Translations under genes and position numbers: made by a program | Notes under the pieces: model-generated | What the model saw: the letters and a program-made list of their open reading frames with translations, nothing else | Database searches by the model: none | What the model was told of the DNA's origin: nothing | NCBI GenBank assembly: GCA_951406725.2 | Contig: OX597819.1 | Coordinates: 16,988,001 to 17,052,000 of the forward strand | From: Octopus vulgaris | Taxonomy: Eukaryota | Direction: 5' to 3' | Length of the DNA: 64,000 bases | Shown: in pieces, positions 11,500 through 24,924 of the stretch | Layout of the letters: every line of letters starts with the position of its first letter | Position numbering within the stretch: position 1 is the stretch's first letter

Positions 11500-13040
11500 A
11501 CTTATTTTAAGTTTGTTTCGGGAAACGTTTTTGAATATGCAAATAAAACTCTTATTCCATTATGCCAGCCACTGTCTAATGATGCTGACTGGTGAATCAG
11601 ATTTTTGAGGTCGCATCGAGCTGTGCCGATATAATGTAAGATAAATATAGTAATAGTAACAATAGTCTTTAGATGAAATTTATAAACATTTAATGCATCG
11701 CTACGCGAGTTTCCATAAATCGCATGTCTCTTAAGATCATAGCCTGTATTCCTGGGATGATTACAGTGTAGTCTGTAGAATCTTTGGGCATCGGGTAGAT
11801 TATCTTTATGGATTAATTCTTCAGTCGATATAGCATTAATGGATGCTTAACAGAGGAATGTTTATCCGTTTTGACCAGTGTGAATGTTGACTGAATTATG
11901 TAAGTATTTCTGTGTGTATTTGGTAGGGAAGAGGTAAAGGTAATGGATAGAGTAGAAGGAATGGCAGTTATATGGGGATGGAGGTGTGTGTGGTGATGAT
12001 AGTGGACTTTATTTGCCATTCAGTCTGCAGATGTCAAGAATAGGCAGTACATTCGTCAGTTCGATCTCATTTAATGGCGTGATTATCTTCAATGAAGTCT
12101 GAAGTAAAAAGGTAAGCCGGTACAGAGTTCATTGTCTGAATTGATAAATGATACTTTGTTTGGGCGACCTTTTAATCATTTCTGGTGGTACAGTAGTATA
12201 GTGTATAACATCTTAAACATGTCAATGTGAATATGACAAATGGCGGTCGTCCATGTCGTATTTAAATAAGATGTTTTGCAAACATTAAATAGCTATAGAC
12301 TTGGTCGCCCAAACTTTTGGCCCATTGATTACAGAGATCACAAGTTTGTACTCTGTTCGGCCAAGGTAAGTAGGCTACATAAACAGAGATATGGTTATTT
12401 CGATTCTGATTTCTGATGTGTCATTCTCTGTGTATGCCAATACATAGTATATGACATCCCAGTTCGAGTTACTATGGTTCTTGTCTCTCATATTTTCTGT
12501 ACGTTTTGGTTCTCTTGTAACTGCAGCGGAAATTCGAGGTGTTAAGTAGCGTCGTACTCGAACTGGGATGTCATATACTATGTATTGGCATACACAGAGA
12601 ATGACACATCAGAAATCGAGCGAGTTGGAACCATATTGAAGGGAAAACCTATTGGTCGGGACAATCTGATATTACAAACGGCACATGTTGATACAACTCC
12701 ATGACATCCAGTGGTGGTGACGCTATCATCTCGTGCTCGACGGATTATCTCGTTAAAGCGTTTCGGATCTAGGTCGGTCTGGTTTCTCTTGGTTACGAAT
12801 ACATGGTAAACATTTTCACCCAAAAGTGTGCTTCACTGAAAGCTACCCTCCAAATATCGGACAGGGGTAGCAGTATGTACATTATCTCTGTAATCTATTA
12901 TCACCTGGCCATTTCTTAGAAGACTAGACCGCCTACTCTTCCCCTCTTTTTGTAGGTCCCCGTACTCCTGAACAGAACGTTCATCATTCCAATCATAACC
13001 ATATCTTATTTTTGGACATAGTTTTTGCCAAACTACATTA
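11500..13040 (-). pseudogene. Highly decayed Penelope-like RT/GIY-YIG ORF
   Basis: Scattered minus-strand motifs in expected order: GRP-like, LYT..VP, VLPILD (LPFLD), [24 protein letters not shown] (YIG..R.LK.RI.QH). Many stops and frameshifts. Confidence 0.5.
12408..12617. repeat. Perfect 62-bp inverted repeat with 86-bp spacer
   Basis: 12408-12469 is the exact reverse complement of 12556-12617. Confidence 0.95.
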
Positions 13041-14365
13041 TCTTACATATCCTTCGTTTTCTTTAAACAGCGCCGTATAATTTGAAAAGAGAAAGAAGAA
13101 AAAAGCTTAGCTTCGGTTTTTAACGACAAAGCAGATTTTGTCTCATGGCTCGTAATACTTATTAGTATTAGTATTTGTAGCAATTGCAGCAGTAGTGGCA
13201 GCAGTAATAGTAGCAGTAATAACAGCAGCAGCAGTAGTAGCAGAAATTGCAACGGGATTGTCAGCAGTAGTAATAGTAGTTGTTATTGTTGCTGTAGTAA
13301 TGAATTAATTGTGGCGTTTTTCTGTAATTCATTAAATACCTAAATCTGAGAAAAAATTTCTTCGTCTTTATTTCATCTTTTGTCGATTTTTTTCTCTGTA
13401 TTTTTTCATAATTTAGTTTTTACCTTTCGTAGCATTGAGAAAACACACAATTACAATCACACACACACATACAGACATACATGCACATATATACACGCAC
13501 GCACAAAAAAGTAGAAATAATAATCGAAAGATTATTTTTAAAATTCCTGATTTCTTGAAGTCATTTAGGATTAGAGTGTTTATATATTTATAACTGATTT
13601 TTTTGTGTGTAATTATACATACATAAATACATACATAAATACATACATAAATACATACATACATACATACATACATACATACATACATACATACATACAT
13701 ACATACATGCATACATACATATATTTGTGTGTACATACATACAAACGTAAATGTGTATATATGTGCGTAGGCTTATAACTAAATATACCGATGTATAGAT
13801 AGATACATACATACATACATAATACATACATACACACACACACACGCATATATATATATGTATACATATTCTAATGCATATATACGTTTCTGTGTGTGAC
13901 AACGCGTGTTTGTGGAAGCTACCCGAATCGATACCGTATCAGATAACGAGTCGATGATTTATTTTACCTCTCTAGACCCAGTATAGTAGTTGGAGGAGCA
14001 CAGTATATGGCTCTTCTCCCTAACTGTGAATCGGTATCATGAATAGGTTTCCGCAACTGATAGTGTACAATCTCCTAATAACCAACGAATAGAAAGTAAC
14101 ACCCCAACGTAACACAATACTCATACATTATTGTAATGGTGTCTGCGCTGATACTGAGCAGCGTCGTGTGTTTCTGTGGATCAATGTCATTTTAATGTAA
14201 AGTATAGAAGCCATCTTATCATGGCTAACCACATTGGGGAGGGGGTGTTACTGTAGCTTTATAGCCCCAAGAGATCTTCGTCTCAAGCTGGCTTTAGACA
14301 CAATATCTGTGTCCTTGGAGTATTTGCAAAGGGAGGCCATCCCTTCCTCGCAAGCCTGAGTGATA

Positions 14366-14408
14366 CGCTCGAACTAGTTTCGGGATTGTTGTCCCTCGTC
14401 AACGGGCG
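14366..14408 (-). ncRNA. Minimal type I hammerhead-like motif
   Basis: CGCCCG UUGACGA GGGA CAACAA UCCC GAAA CUAG UU^CGAGCG. Palindromic stem III, C3->U core variant, one mismatch in stem I. Confidence 0.6.
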
Positions 14409-14549
14409 GTAACCACCAGGTAGCGATGAAAGAGAAGGTTCCTTTGCAAATGTTTCCATTAAGGTTCAACGCGATTGCTTGGTCTCCTAGAAAGTCGTAC
14501 CGTACCATCTTCATAAAGAAAGGGCGATATTGGATTAATGAGAATCTTT

Positions 14550-15078
14550 GTGATGATGGTGACGATAATAATAATAATGATGATCATGAGGACAATGACG
14601 ATGATGTTGATCACCGTCATCAAGATTATCACTATCCTCCTCCTATTGATCGTCATTATCGTCGTTGTCACCGCCACCACCGCCACCACCACCACAACCA
14701 CCACCACCACCACCACCACCACCACCACCACCACCGCCACCACCACCACCACCACCACCACAACAACAACAACAACAACAACAAAACAACAGCAACAACG
14801 ACAACACTGTCCTACCACAGCTGCCATTTCTGTCGTCGTAGCTATCATCATCATCATCATCATCATCATCATCGTCATCAGCATCGTACTCATCATTGCC
14901 GGCCTTGCCGCTGTCATCATTACCAACACTACACCACCACAATCATCATCTTCTTCTTCTTCTTCTTCTTCTTCTTCTTCTTCTTCTTCTTCTTCTTCTT
15001 CTTCTTCTTCTTCTTCTTCTTCTTCTTCTTCTTCATTATTATCAGCAGCAGCAACATTATAATCATCAGCAGCAGCAT
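14550..15078. repeat. Compound trinucleotide microsatellite (GAT, CAC, AAC, CAT, TTC)
   Basis: Seen directly. It generates the His/Phe/Thr/Ser homopolymer ORFs. Confidence 0.95.
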
Positions 15079-15867
15079 GGTATTTGATTGGGTAGCTATT
15101 TTAGAGGACCATTCCGTGCTAATTTTTATTGAACAATGGCAGAGTGTATGAAGACTACACTGTACATTTAATCTAAACGCTAACCTTGTAGTACGGTGAT
15201 GTTTCACATTTCAAACGTTTCTGATCCCGTTGACATTGATGTCACTTAACGAATGATGCTATATTTTGACTGACACACTCAATCAACAAAGAACAGACTT
15301 CTGTCATGTCGTGGTGTAAAATAACCTTTACAATTGCATAAGATACACTGCATGTACGCCCTTGTGCATACCTGCACGTCGACTTATACCCACATAAGCA
15401 CACACGTATGTATATACAGTCGGAGATAGCACTTGCCCTTGATATTCAGAGAGATCTTGGATGGTGGGGTTCCTCGATTATGCCAAGAGGGCCTTCTGTA
15501 TCAGGAAAACTCCATTACACTCACGCCTTTTTCTTTTTCTTAGGGTCGTATGCTTGGCATGCTTCTCTTCTTTTAATGTCTACCGTATACTTTTTCTTGT
15601 GTTTTTTTTTTTTGTCATTCCATTATATGTAACCCGCAACATTTTATGTAGTCTTAGTATTGTCCTCCTCATCCTTCGCCCTGGTGGCAAATAAAAGAAA
15701 TTATTATTTTCTTTTCATTCATTTCATTCAGTTATATCTTCTTCGGTACATATTCTTTACATATTGAACTTATTTATTCATTCACGTATTCATTTACTTA
15801 GTTAACACACTCTGTTCTCTTTCTGCCTGGTTTCCATTTCATTCACCTTTCCTCTGCTCTCAAACTC

Positions 15868-16100
15868 TACTCTCTTTTACTCTTTTACTTGTTTCAGTCA
15901 TTTGACCGCGGCCATGCTGGAGCACCGCCTTTAGTCGAGCAAATCGACCCCGGGACTTATTCTTTGTAAGCCCAGTACTTATTCTATCGGTCTCTTTTGC
16001 CGAACCGCTAAGTGACGGGGACGTAAACACACCAGCATTGGTTGTCAAGCAATGCTAGGAGGACAAACACAGACACACAAACACACACACACACACATAC

Positions 16101-16158
<58 letters not shown>

Positions 16159-16319
16159 TACGACAGGCTTCTTTCAGTTTCCGTCTACCAAATCCACTCA
16201 CAAGGCATTGGTCGGCCCGGGGCTATAGCAGAAGACACTTGCCCAAGATGCCACGCAGTGGGACTGAACCCGGAACCATGTGGTTGGTTAGCAAGCTACT
16301 TACCACACAGCCAATACCT
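15868..16319 (-). mobile_element. tRNA-derived SINE family 1, full length with internal (CA)n/(TA)n
   Basis: Minus head has A box TGGCTGTGTGG and B box GGTTCAGTCC and a (GAGTAAAA)n-like tail. Many copies in the window. Confidence 0.85.
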
Positions 16320-17298
16320 TTCCCACCATTTTCTCTCTCTTCCGCCCATCTTTCTTCTATTTGCTCTCTCTCACTCTCACTCTCTCTCTCTCTCTCTCTC
16401 TCTGTTTGCTCTCTGTGTTTCTCTCTCTCTCTCTCTGTTTGCTCTCTGTGTTTCTCTCTCTCTCTCTCTTTTCCATTTCCCTCCCTATAGATAGATATTC
16501 TATTATTTCTGACCACGTCCTTTCCTCGTCTAGTAGGTGATATAAACTACCCCAACCACATATAAAGAGTGAATTCCATCATTTTGTTCATATTTTGATA
16601 TATCTTGACTGGGAAAGATTTTACGTAAGAAATGAAACTCCCCTTTATCTATTGCCCTATTATCTGAAACGTACGTATTTAATACATCCAAAATATCATT
16701 ACTTGGTTTGACTTCATTATATATATATGTACTAACCGTCCACTACCGCCATACCAACGTACCATCCAACAAACATACCAACATACCAAGCAACTAAATC
16801 CACCAGCCTAACACAAGTGGTATTTCTGAACTAATAGTTTAAGAACTGGCATCTTAGATATGACCAAAGGTGTTTCAGATAAGATTTGTCAGTCTCGGCC
16901 TTAGCTGTAAGTGCGTGCATGTGTGTGTGATTGTGTGTGAGGTTGCACTTCATTTTCTTTGTATATATGTATGTATGTCACTATATATATTCCCAAAATA
17001 TATGCTCTCCCTCTCTCTCTCTCTCTCTCCGCGCGCGTGCGTATGTATATATGTATGTATTTCTGATAAGAATATTCAGTTTCGGGCTCTGCAATAAAGT
17101 TTGGGTGTGTGTCAAATCTGTCTAATTTCTAGAGTGTCTATGTATGATTGGGTGTGTCTGTACTTTAGTTTGTGTGTGTGTATGTGTGAGAGAGTATGTG
17201 TGTGGGAGTGTATGTGCGTGAGTGTGCGTGTGTATATATATATATATATACACACATACACACACATATATATATATATATATAATTTTTTATACCAC

Positions 17299-17330
<32 letters not shown>

Positions 17331-18218
17331 ACATTTATGCATATATGTATATGTGCATGTGTATATATATATATTTAGTTATATGTATATATGTATGTCC
17401 GTGTATATATTTAAATGTATGTATGTGTGTGTATACATGCATATATGTGAGTGTTTGTGCCTGTGACGGCGTGTAACTGTACATATATATATGTGTGTGT
17501 GTGTGCTTGTGTGTGTATGTGTGTGTGTATGTGTGTGTGTATGTGTGTATGTGTTTGTGTGTGTATGTGTATTTGTGTATTTTCAGACGAGGAAAGCAGT
17601 AATTTCGAAACTAAACTTATCTTAACCAGATTCTTGACATAAACACAAGATAGAACCAATGACAAACTGATAATGGTTTTCTCTTTCTCCTGCAGACAGA
17701 ATGTTGCTTTATTTGTTTAGTTATTCGTAGGAATCGGTATATTTGGAGGAGTTAAAGAGAGAAAGTCTCGTTGATTATGGCTGAGATAACACCAGTGAGA
17801 TTTCAAGGAGATTTTCAAGGATCTATGTACGTGTATGTATATCACACACACACACATATATGACATTTACATATATATGGAGATATATATATATATATGT
17901 ATATATGGATATCTATGTATACATTTACACACACACACACACATACACACATATATATATATATATATGTGTGTATGTATGTATTAAACAATTGCGTGTG
18001 CGCGCACACACCAATAAACATATATTATATATATATACATACACTTAACCATTCTATGCTGTGCAATGTATTGTTCCAGTTCTGCGGCGAATGTACTATG
18101 GTTTCTTTGGATGGTTTTTCAAGATTGCTAGTCTTCAACTGAACACCTCCTCCATTTTATGGAAGAAAGGATTATCTGATTGGTCACTTGCAAACCCTCG
18201 TATGGTGTAGATTATATT

Positions 18219-18307
<89 letters not shown>

Positions 18308-18812
18308 TGGCTGTTACCTTATTTGAATGTAAGATATTTGTTCGATATCACATTGACCCGTGATATATCTCTATTTAATTTTCACTCATATAAATGTAGA
18401 CGTTTGATTGGTTGATTTCTCCAGTTGCACTTTACATGGTATAGAGAAAGGGGAAGAAAGAATAAAAGATAGATACAAAGTGAGTTAGCATAAGTGGTGC
18501 AAGAAGTAGACACATACTAGGCTAGGTGGCAGGCAAAGAGTAAAGAAAGCTACACACAGTGAGAGAGAAAAAATCCTAGAGATAGGGGAGAAGGTTGTGG
18601 AGAGGGAGTAAATGAAAGTGTAGTGAGAGGGAGAAAGAGAGAGAGAGAGAGCTAGAGGAGTGAGAGCAGAACAGTTCAGTATACTATGATTAAATGTAAA
18701 ACCTATAGTAGAAACCAAAGTTATGAAAAAAAACAGAAGCAGTAAATGGAAAATGAAAGAGAGAGAGAGAGAGGGGGAGGTGATAGATACACACACACAC
18801 ACACACACACAT

Positions 18813-18852
<40 letters not shown>

Positions 18853-18853
<1 letters not shown>

Positions 18854-19055
18854 AAGTTAATCCAAACAAGAAAACACAGAAAAACCACAGCAACGCGAGG
18901 ACGTGGAACAATTAAAGTATTATTTGACGCTCAGGAAAGAAGGGAAGGAGGGTTTAACGTTTCGAGCGGAGCTCTCCGTCGGAAACAAAGGAGAAGGAAA
19001 GATCCCGAGAAGGGAAGACAGAGGAAAAAAATTTTTTTGCTGGTGGTGCTCAAGA
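18853..19055 (-). mobile_element. Family B copy 2, with minimal hammerhead motif at 18952-18986
   Basis: Minus RNA GUUU CCGACGG A GAGC UCC GCUC GAAA CG UU^AAAC with perfect stem I. The 3' end abuts (TA)n. Confidence 0.65.
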
Positions 19056-19091
19056 GATCACACACATATATATATATATACATACATACAT

Positions 19092-19175
<84 letters not shown>

Positions 19176-19420
19176 AGTACTGAGAGAGAGAAAGTGTGTG
19201 TTTTGGGAGAATGTGAGTAGTAGAGTGATGAACAGAGGAGGATAGGTGGGAAAATATAAATGTAGTATGGAAGAAACTAAAGCATATCATATTTGTAAGA
19301 CAATGCAAATGTTGTAATAAAGACGAGAATCATCAACTGAAATTCTTTAACATTTCAAAGGGCAGAAGTATGTTTATATATTCGTCTCTAAACATATATA
19401 AAAAACATTTATCTTTTAAA

Positions 19421-19708
19421 AGTGGATGTTGTAGAACACAGAATAATGCGTTATTTACTATGAGAGAATCTCTCGTATGGACTTGTGGTGCATATAAGAA
19501 TTCGTGTTTATATCACCGACGAGTGACAATCGTCCGCTGCAGCCACAGGAACTGCCAGATCCCGTGATATCGCCATTTCTTAGACTTTTCAATGAAAGAC
19601 GTCCGGCGATTGTCGTACAGTGAACGATTATCGCCCGTCAGCGATGTAAACACTAGTGCTTATATCCACCACAAGTCCATTCTTTTGTATTCTAACACAA
19701 CATCCGCG
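19421..19708. repeat. Long imperfect inverted repeat (fold-back)
   Basis: Arms 19477-19541 and 19616-19680 are about 80% complementary, with outer arms (GGATGTTG../..CAACATCC) and inner small stems. Confidence 0.8.
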
Positions 19709-20433
19709 TTTGGTGGGAGACGACTATTACCTTTTGGTATCAATGCTGATTCTGTCGCTATTAATTAAATATGAAAATACGTTCGTAGCGAAATAAGCAT
19801 TGAAATATGTATTTGTCTAAACGGACACACTCAGAATTATGTGTATATCGTATGCATAAATCCACATTCACATACATATGTACTCATACACATGCGATTA
19901 CACTGATATACATGCTTACATGCGTACACACATATACACGCACGCCCATTATTTTAAAAAATAAATAATTGTTTGAAAATTATTATTCGCTTACAACATT
20001 TCATATCAGTATGAAGAAATTTGATAGGTGTTATATTTATAATTATTGCATGTATACCATATTTCCTGATATTACCCATAGTAGCAAAAGTATAACTTCC
20101 AAAGTTATCCGTCACATGAAGGGCTGCAATCTGGTATAATTATAATGAATATAGTTCGCACTCGTTTTAGCATTGATATAAAACACACGCACATGCACGC
20201 ACACACACACAAATAGGTTTACTCCCCCCCCCGCTAGACATTTAAATACATAATATATATATGTTGTTGTAGACACTGTTGCTGGAACTTCTTTACAAAA
20301 GTAAAGCTTTATACATACATATATATATATATATATATACACATACACACACACATATATATATGTATATATATACATACAGACATATATACATACATAC
20401 ATTCATACATACATACATACATACATACATACA

Positions 20434-20520
<87 letters not shown>

Positions 20521-20521
<1 letters not shown>

Positions 20522-20708
20522 GCCATGATATATCGTTAGCCACTACACACATTTTTTCTCTTCCTTGTTTTTTCTGTGTACCTTTCTGTAGAAGAGCGTA
20601 GGCTCGAAATGTAAAATACTTTTTCTATTCCTGATCGCTATCCTAATACATCTATTTGTTTTGTACACCACCTGTCTTCGTCTTTTGTTTTTTTTTCGTA
20701 AACTTACC

Positions 20709-20712
<4 letters not shown>
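20521..20712 (+). mobile_element. (TA)n-embedded element related to family B, hammerhead-like motif at 20582-20617
   Basis: CUUU CUGUAGA A GAGC GUAG GCUC GAAA UG UA^AAAU. Same layout as family B (motif, CCTGA(G/T)CGC..TAATA, T-rich run, (TA)n). Confidence 0.6.
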
Positions 20713-20771
<59 letters not shown>

Positions 20772-21809
20772 CAGTACCAATGAAAATTCCCCAGCAAATG
20801 CGAACTTTTTTAGATGGTTGTAAGTTTATATAGAGATATAAAAATTAGTGTACCTATATAAATTGAATATTCAGTATAATTTTCGTTTAAAAACACCTTT
20901 CAGTTCTTCTGGATGAGGCTGTAATTGAAGGAGCATGAATTTCCCATTCTTTCAGAAGTTCAGAGGTTCTTCAATAAATCTAAGAGCTTCACAATGATTA
21001 CAGAGAATATTAATGTCATCAGTGTTGTAACTTTCAGCCATTTGTTTACAGTTTTTAGACGTTCTTTCTCATTTTCATTTTATATTCTCTCTTGAACACA
21101 ATCCCTTATCTCTTGTAAATACTCACACTATACTCTTTGATTCGCATTTTCCTTTCTACACGCTGCTGCTCCCGTGCTTCTTCTAGTGTTTCGGCCCTCT
21201 GCTTCCCTTTGCGTCGTTGCCTGTTCGCTTTCATTCCTTCTGTTGTTAGCTTACATCATCTGTCATCTATATTTTATTAACAAATATCAATTTACAAGCG
21301 AACAGACGATCGATAATTGCACTTATGCGCATGCGTTAAGTGATTAGGTCATATAAAAAACTTAGTTCAATTAAAAAACTTTACACTTTTCATAATTCAC
21401 TGACCACAACCATCATCATCATCAGCATAATCCCCCCTCTCTCTCTCTCTAACCTCACCATCAGAACGTCACCTCTTTGCTTAATATATATTTCTAACTC
21501 GCCTTGTCTATGATACTATCTTCAACTAACTATTTAACCACGTAATAAATATTACGTTCCCCCTACCTCACGTCATGGACGCTTCTCTTTCCTTCTTTTC
21601 TCTCTTCCCCTTTCTCTCTCACTCTTCGCCTCTTTTCTCTCTTCCCCTTTCTCTCTCACTCTTCGCCTCTTTTCTCTCTCTCTCTTTTTCTTTCTCCCCC
21701 TTTTCTCTTGCTCTTCGCCTTTCTCCTCAGCTAATCATGTCACAGAGTTACAAACGGGCTAAGTAAATAACCAACGGAACAAGCAGAGTTATTGTATCTC
21801 TATCTATAT

Positions 21810-22287
21810 CTTTTACTTGTTTCAGTCATTTGACTACGGTCATGCTGCAGCACTGCATTAATGGGCTTTAGTCGAAGAAATCGACCCCAGAATTTATACT
21901 TTTCTAAGTCTAATACTTCTTTTATCGGTCTCTGTTGCCGAACCGCTAAGTTACGGGGTTGTAATCACACCAACGACGGTTGTCAAGCGGTGGTAGGGGA
22001 ACAAATACAGACACAAAGACACACAAACATAGATACGTACATACATACGTACGTACCTACATACGTACGTACATACATGCGTACATACATACATACATAC
22101 ATACATACATACATACATACATACATACATACATACATACATACATACATACATACATACATGCGACGGGCTTTTATCAGTTTCCGTTTGCCAAATCCAC
22201 TCAGAAGTCTTTTGTCAAGCCGAATGAGACTGAACCCGGAACCATGTGGTTGGGAAGCAAGCTTCTTACCCCACAGCTACACCTGCG

Positions 22288-22288
<1 letters not shown>
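21810..22288 (-). mobile_element. SINE family 1 copy with internal deletion
   Basis: Aligns to 15868-16319. Confidence 0.8.
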
Positions 22289-22362
<74 letters not shown>

Positions 22363-22574
22363 AATTGAGAAGGAGAGAAACAAATTTCAAAAGTCGGTGT
22401 ATATATTCATTCAATCCATCTCAGATTATCGAAATTGTCCACAATATACAATATACATAGATGCGTTCATATATATAAGATTTGCTAAAAATCTATAAGA
22501 ATTTATAAGCCCATATACATACAAATATTTATAAATATATAAAAATTATATATATATTAAAGAATAATAACAAC

Positions 22575-22799
22575 ATCTCTGACAGCTGTTTCGATTCAGA
22601 AATATTTAGATGATTAATTTGAAAATTAAAATCATTATAAGATATATCTCTGAAGAGATTCATCTTACAGTTAAAGGTGTATAGCCGTTATCTCAACATG
22701 TATTTCTAATCGGTATTTCTTTACTACCTCTGAAGAGATTCATCTTAAAATGATCTTAATTTCTAAATTAATTATCTAAAGATTTCTGAATCGAAACAG
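22575..22799. mobile_element. Inverted PLE pseudo-LTR-like segment with hammerhead halves on both strands
   Basis: Arms about 22586-22643 and 22742-22799 are inverted. Plus strand CUGAAGA GAUUCA..UGAAUC GAAA CAG, minus strand UGAAUC GAAA CAGCUG UC^AGAG. Confidence 0.6.
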
Positions 22800-22928
22800 G
22801 TTATTTTTAGTATTTGAACTTAAGAATGCAATTTTTAAAAAAACAAAGCCTATATGTATACCTACACCAATAAAATGGATTTGTTTTTTTAAAAATTGCA
22901 TTCATAAGTTCAAATACTAGAAATAACC
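22799..22928. mobile_element. MITE-like hairpin element, about 130 bp
   Basis: About 50-bp inverted arms GGTTATTTTTAGTATTTGAACTTAAGAATGCAATTTTT.. / ..AAAAATTGCATTCATAAGTTCAAATACTAGAAATAACC. Confidence 0.7.
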
Positions 22929-24211
22929 TTGCTGAAAAGGCTCATGTGCGCCTCTCTTTCTCTAGATTCTTTTTTGTCCATGATAGGCAGCTGGAATTTG
23001 GGTACATGCATACTATAGGTAGCACTGGATTAATCATCAAGCAAAATAAGCACGTGATTTGGGTTTCAAGGGAAGTGCGATACCACAGAAATGGAAAATA
23101 GTTCACGGCACAAAAGAAATCGCTTGAAACGTGCTTAAATAATATTCGAAGTGGTTTGTATGATCTGGGTTGGCTGGTTTGGCTTCATGCTCTTCCTTGA
23201 TGGGGATGGGGTCATTCCACGTTAGTGGTCCCGGGGGCGTCCTCATGCGTAGAGCCGACTTGGTCCACTATTGTTCTCCATCGATGGTGACAGCGTGCCA
23301 GCCCTTCTGTGTCCTTCACGGAAATATAATTTCGAAGTGTTCATGGCGTCATAGTGAAGATCTGAGCAGAGACTTCGCAATTAAAAAATGCAGAGGAAAA
23401 CTTTTCAAATATAAATTAAGTGGAAGTATGTAAAGATAATCATTATCTTTCATCTTACTTTTGTTTCATTTTGAAAAACAAAAAAAAATTATTTTATTGT
23501 TTATTATTGCTTATATTTTGAATTACATATATATAGGGTAGCGCTGTCAAAGAAGGACCAAACACAGGAAGTCCCTTATGCGGTCACTCGGCCTGCCAGA
23601 ATTAGCCGTGAAATTAAACTCTTCCTTAAATTACAGACTGATCTCTTAAATAAAGAAGTTGTAACATACTGTAGCCCTTTCCCATCTAATCAATAAGAAA
23701 AGGCATGATCATGGTTGGAAGGCCTTTTGATCTTAGTTCTGCTCGATTAGGGAAAACAGGACCTCGACGATGACAGCAACGTCAACGACGACGGCGATGA
23801 TGACTAGGGCGGAATCGGAGTCATGTACCAAAACGTTACTGGAAATCCATTTCACTTTCCACCCACTTTCTTCCCGACCACATATCTTTCACCTCTCCAT
23901 CACTGCCTGAGTAGGGGGTTCATTTACCGATATTTCACAGGCATATCTCCGCCAATCTCTTAACTCCCTGCTCTTCCTCACACAAACCTATACAACCCCA
24001 CCTACCGTAACAACCTCACTATACTCCGCTCATCAAACTATCAATAGACTGAGACTCAAGTGTATTTTTATGTATGACTGCTGTGTATGAGTATGAGTAT
24101 GTGTGTGCAAGGGAGGGGTGTATGCCAATGCTTGTTCATATCTGTACGTTCAAGCGTGTGTGTATGCGCATCTGTGTATGTGTGAGTGTGTGTGCTCATG
24201 TGTATGTGTGC

Positions 24212-24268
<57 letters not shown>

Positions 24269-24883
24269 TACTAAATACGTGTGGTAGAATTTTTTTAGGT
24301 TTGCATCATTAAGATTGTGGCCCTGGTTTGTTTCTTTAAGAAGGAGCATGTGTACAGATTAGTGGATAGGGGTAGAAGAGAGAAAAATTAAGGGTGGGGG
24401 GAAAATATCACTATCCACCCCACCACCAAGTCTCAACCCTTCATCAGTACTTCCGATACCCTCGCAGCACCTCCACCACTTATCCTCTTCTCACCTACAC
24501 TTCACTTGCCTCACCCAAATGAGACAATAGTGGATGCCTGTATGTATGTGTGTAATGTGTATGTGTACGTATGTCGTGTCTGTGAGTGGACCTGTGTGTG
24601 AGGAATTGTCTATAGAACTGTGTGTTGGATTTTAGCTGTAGGGTACTTTGTGGTTGATACTGTGTGTAGGGTACAGTATAAATATATATAAATATATATG
24701 TATTAGGATATGAAAGGAACAGTGAAGTATTTTTCAGGCAGTTGTAGCAGAGCAGCAGTAGAATTGGGTTATTGGAAGTGTTGAGAGGGATAAATAGACA
24801 CATAAATAATGTGAGAAAAAGGGATGCCATTTGTGATATACACACGCACATAGACAGAGAGATAGATAAACAGATAGAAAGGC

Positions 24884-24924
<41 letters not shown>

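Noticed and set aside
14426-15151. 241-aa His/Phe-rich ORF
   Set aside because: Translation of compound trinucleotide microsatellites that is open in several frames.
17583-17615. CAGACGA..GAAA/UUUC..GAAA motif
   Set aside because: Core mismatch, and no stem I/III or NUH site.
24436-24455. CUGAUGAAGGG on the minus strand, as in family A
   Set aside because: No matching GAAA strand or stem I partner nearby.
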